Shown here in pieces: positions 63,040 to 64,000 of a stretch of 64,000 bases of DNA. The stretch is from the IMG/VR virus record IMGVR_UViG_3300033145_002422, one strand, 5' to 3'. A program made the position numbers and the translations under genes. The stretch is from a virus. Lineage: Duplodnaviria > Caudoviricetes. The first letter of the stretch is position 1. Every line of letters begins with the position of its first letter. The notes under the pieces were generated by a model. The model saw only the letters and a program-made list of their open reading frames with translations. It did no database searches and was not told where the DNA came from.

Positions 63040-63937
63040 TATTGATATAGGTGCAAAAGATGCAGATTCTGGTAAAGGAAAGTTCCTTTTGAGACTTTCT
63101 CATGCAATGTCTGATCTTGGAGTTGATATCGTTAATAAAAAAGCAGATATTAATTTGATTTTGCCTTGTGAAAAAATGGATAAAAAAGCTAAGGTTAATA
63201 TTGTTAGGGTTGATGGGTTAATTTTGAATTCTGCTCAAAATTATAAACAGAAAAATAATTTATTAGTAAAATCTATGAAGAATGCAGATGCTATTATATA
63301 TCAAACAAAATTTTGTTACACAGCATATAAAAAATTTTTAAGAATAAAAAAAGAGTATGCTATTATTGTTAATGGAGCTGATCCTAACGAGTTTTTACAA
63401 AGGAATGTTAAAAACTTTTTTCTTGCTAGTTGTAAGTGGAGACCGCATAAGAGGCTGAAAGAAATTGTAAAGTGTTTTTTGTTATCTCTTGATTCTGGAT
63501 TAGATTCATATTTAATTGTAACTGGAAAACCAGATTATATAAAAAAACATCCAAGAATTAAATATGTTGGTTGGCAGGGAATAAATGAATTAAAGGTTTA
63601 TTTGTCAGAAGCAATAGCTAGTTTACATCTAACATGGCTAGATTGGTGTCCTAACTCTATGGTAGAATCTATTGTAGCTGGGTGCCCAGTTATTTATACA
63701 GATTCTGGTGGGCATTCTGAAATTGGTGGAGATAATACTGGTGTTTCTATTCCTGATATTCAATGGGATTTTAAACCATGTAAACTTTATAATCCCCCAT
63801 CTCTTAATTCCGATTTAGTAGTAGAAGCAATGCTTAGAATGAAAAAAGAAAAAATTGTTATTTTGAAGCCTGAACTTTATATAGAAAATGTTGCAAAAAA
63901 ATATATAGAGTATTTTAATTATTTATTGGAGAAATAA
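63023..63937 (+). CDS. Glycosyltransferase family 4 (paralog of 60370..61320)
   Basis: RVDG, VNGAD, WRPHKR, DWCPNSMVESIVAG...GGHSE. Confidence 0.85.
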   Translation: MKVSFNIDIGAKDADSGKGKFLLRLSHAMSDLGVDIVNKKADINLILPCEKMDKKAKVNIVRVDGLILNSAQNYKQKNNLLVKSMKNADAIIYQTKFCYTAYKKFLRIKKEYAIIVNGADPNEFLQRNVKNFFLASCKWRPHKRLKEIVKCFLLSLDSGLDSYLIVTGKPDYIKKHPRIKYVGWQGINELKVYLSEAIASLHLTWLDWCPNSMVESIVAGCPVIYTDSGGHSEIGGDNTGVSIPDIQWDFKPCKLYNPPSLNSDLVVEAMLRMKKEKIVILKPELYIENVAKKYIEYFNYLLEK

Positions 63938-63941
63938 CTGT

Positions 63942-64000
63942 ATGAAAGTTTTTATAGATTTAGGAGCATTTAATGGTGATACCATTAAAAAAGCTATAGT
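63942..64000 (+). CDS. FkbM-family methyltransferase, 5' fragment (runs off window)
   Basis: MKVFIDLGAFNGDT SAM-binding motif. Confidence 0.6.
   Translation, partial: MKVFIDLGAFNGDTIKKAI

Noticed and set aside
1-64000. Genome-wide stop-codon reassignment (code 4, 15 or 25)
   Set aside because: Standard code gives dense long ORFs. TAG (24548, 42830) and TGA (ATGA overlaps at 14753, 20007, 35107) clearly end genes next to downstream starts; only isolated in-frame stops were seen
1-64000. tRNA, rRNA or structured ncRNA genes
   Set aside because: Intergenic gaps are short and AT-rich; no cloverleaf or T-loop signatures recognised by eye

Overview
AT-rich, gene-dense window with almost every gene on the + strand, best read as part of a huge (jumbo-type) bacteriophage genome. 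Order of content: (1) 1-9.7 kb, large beta-rich virion/adhesin-like proteins, including a 2458-aa protein whose vWA domain appears interrupted by about 1,900 aa of FN3/LamG/Kelch modules. (2) 9.7-48.5 kb, a bacterial-type replication/recombination block: SF2 helicase, two orphan DNA methyltransferases, IF3, Ycf46-like AAA ATPase, DnaC-like loader, DnaB, a primase split into two distant genes, a DnaE polymerase split into two genes without split-intein motifs, SSB, RecA, Cas4-like nuclease, SpoVS, a YkgJ-type Cys-cluster protein and UvrD. Five inteins sit in this block. (3) 48.5-64 kb, an apparently near-complete nonulosonic (sialic/KDN-like) acid pathway (NeuB, KdsC-type phosphatase, NeuA), three DUF115/Maf-like proteins, many GT2/GT4 glycosyltransferases, peptide deformylase, and an HNH endonuclease abutting an inverted truncated second neuB. 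Strongest candidates for new biology: the intein-free two-piece DnaE (and two-piece primase), the phage-encoded nonulosonic-acid glycosylation system, and an intein inside the Cys-cluster motif of a YkgJ-family protein. No tRNA, rRNA or CRISPR array was recognised. All family calls come from motif recognition by eye, not database searches.
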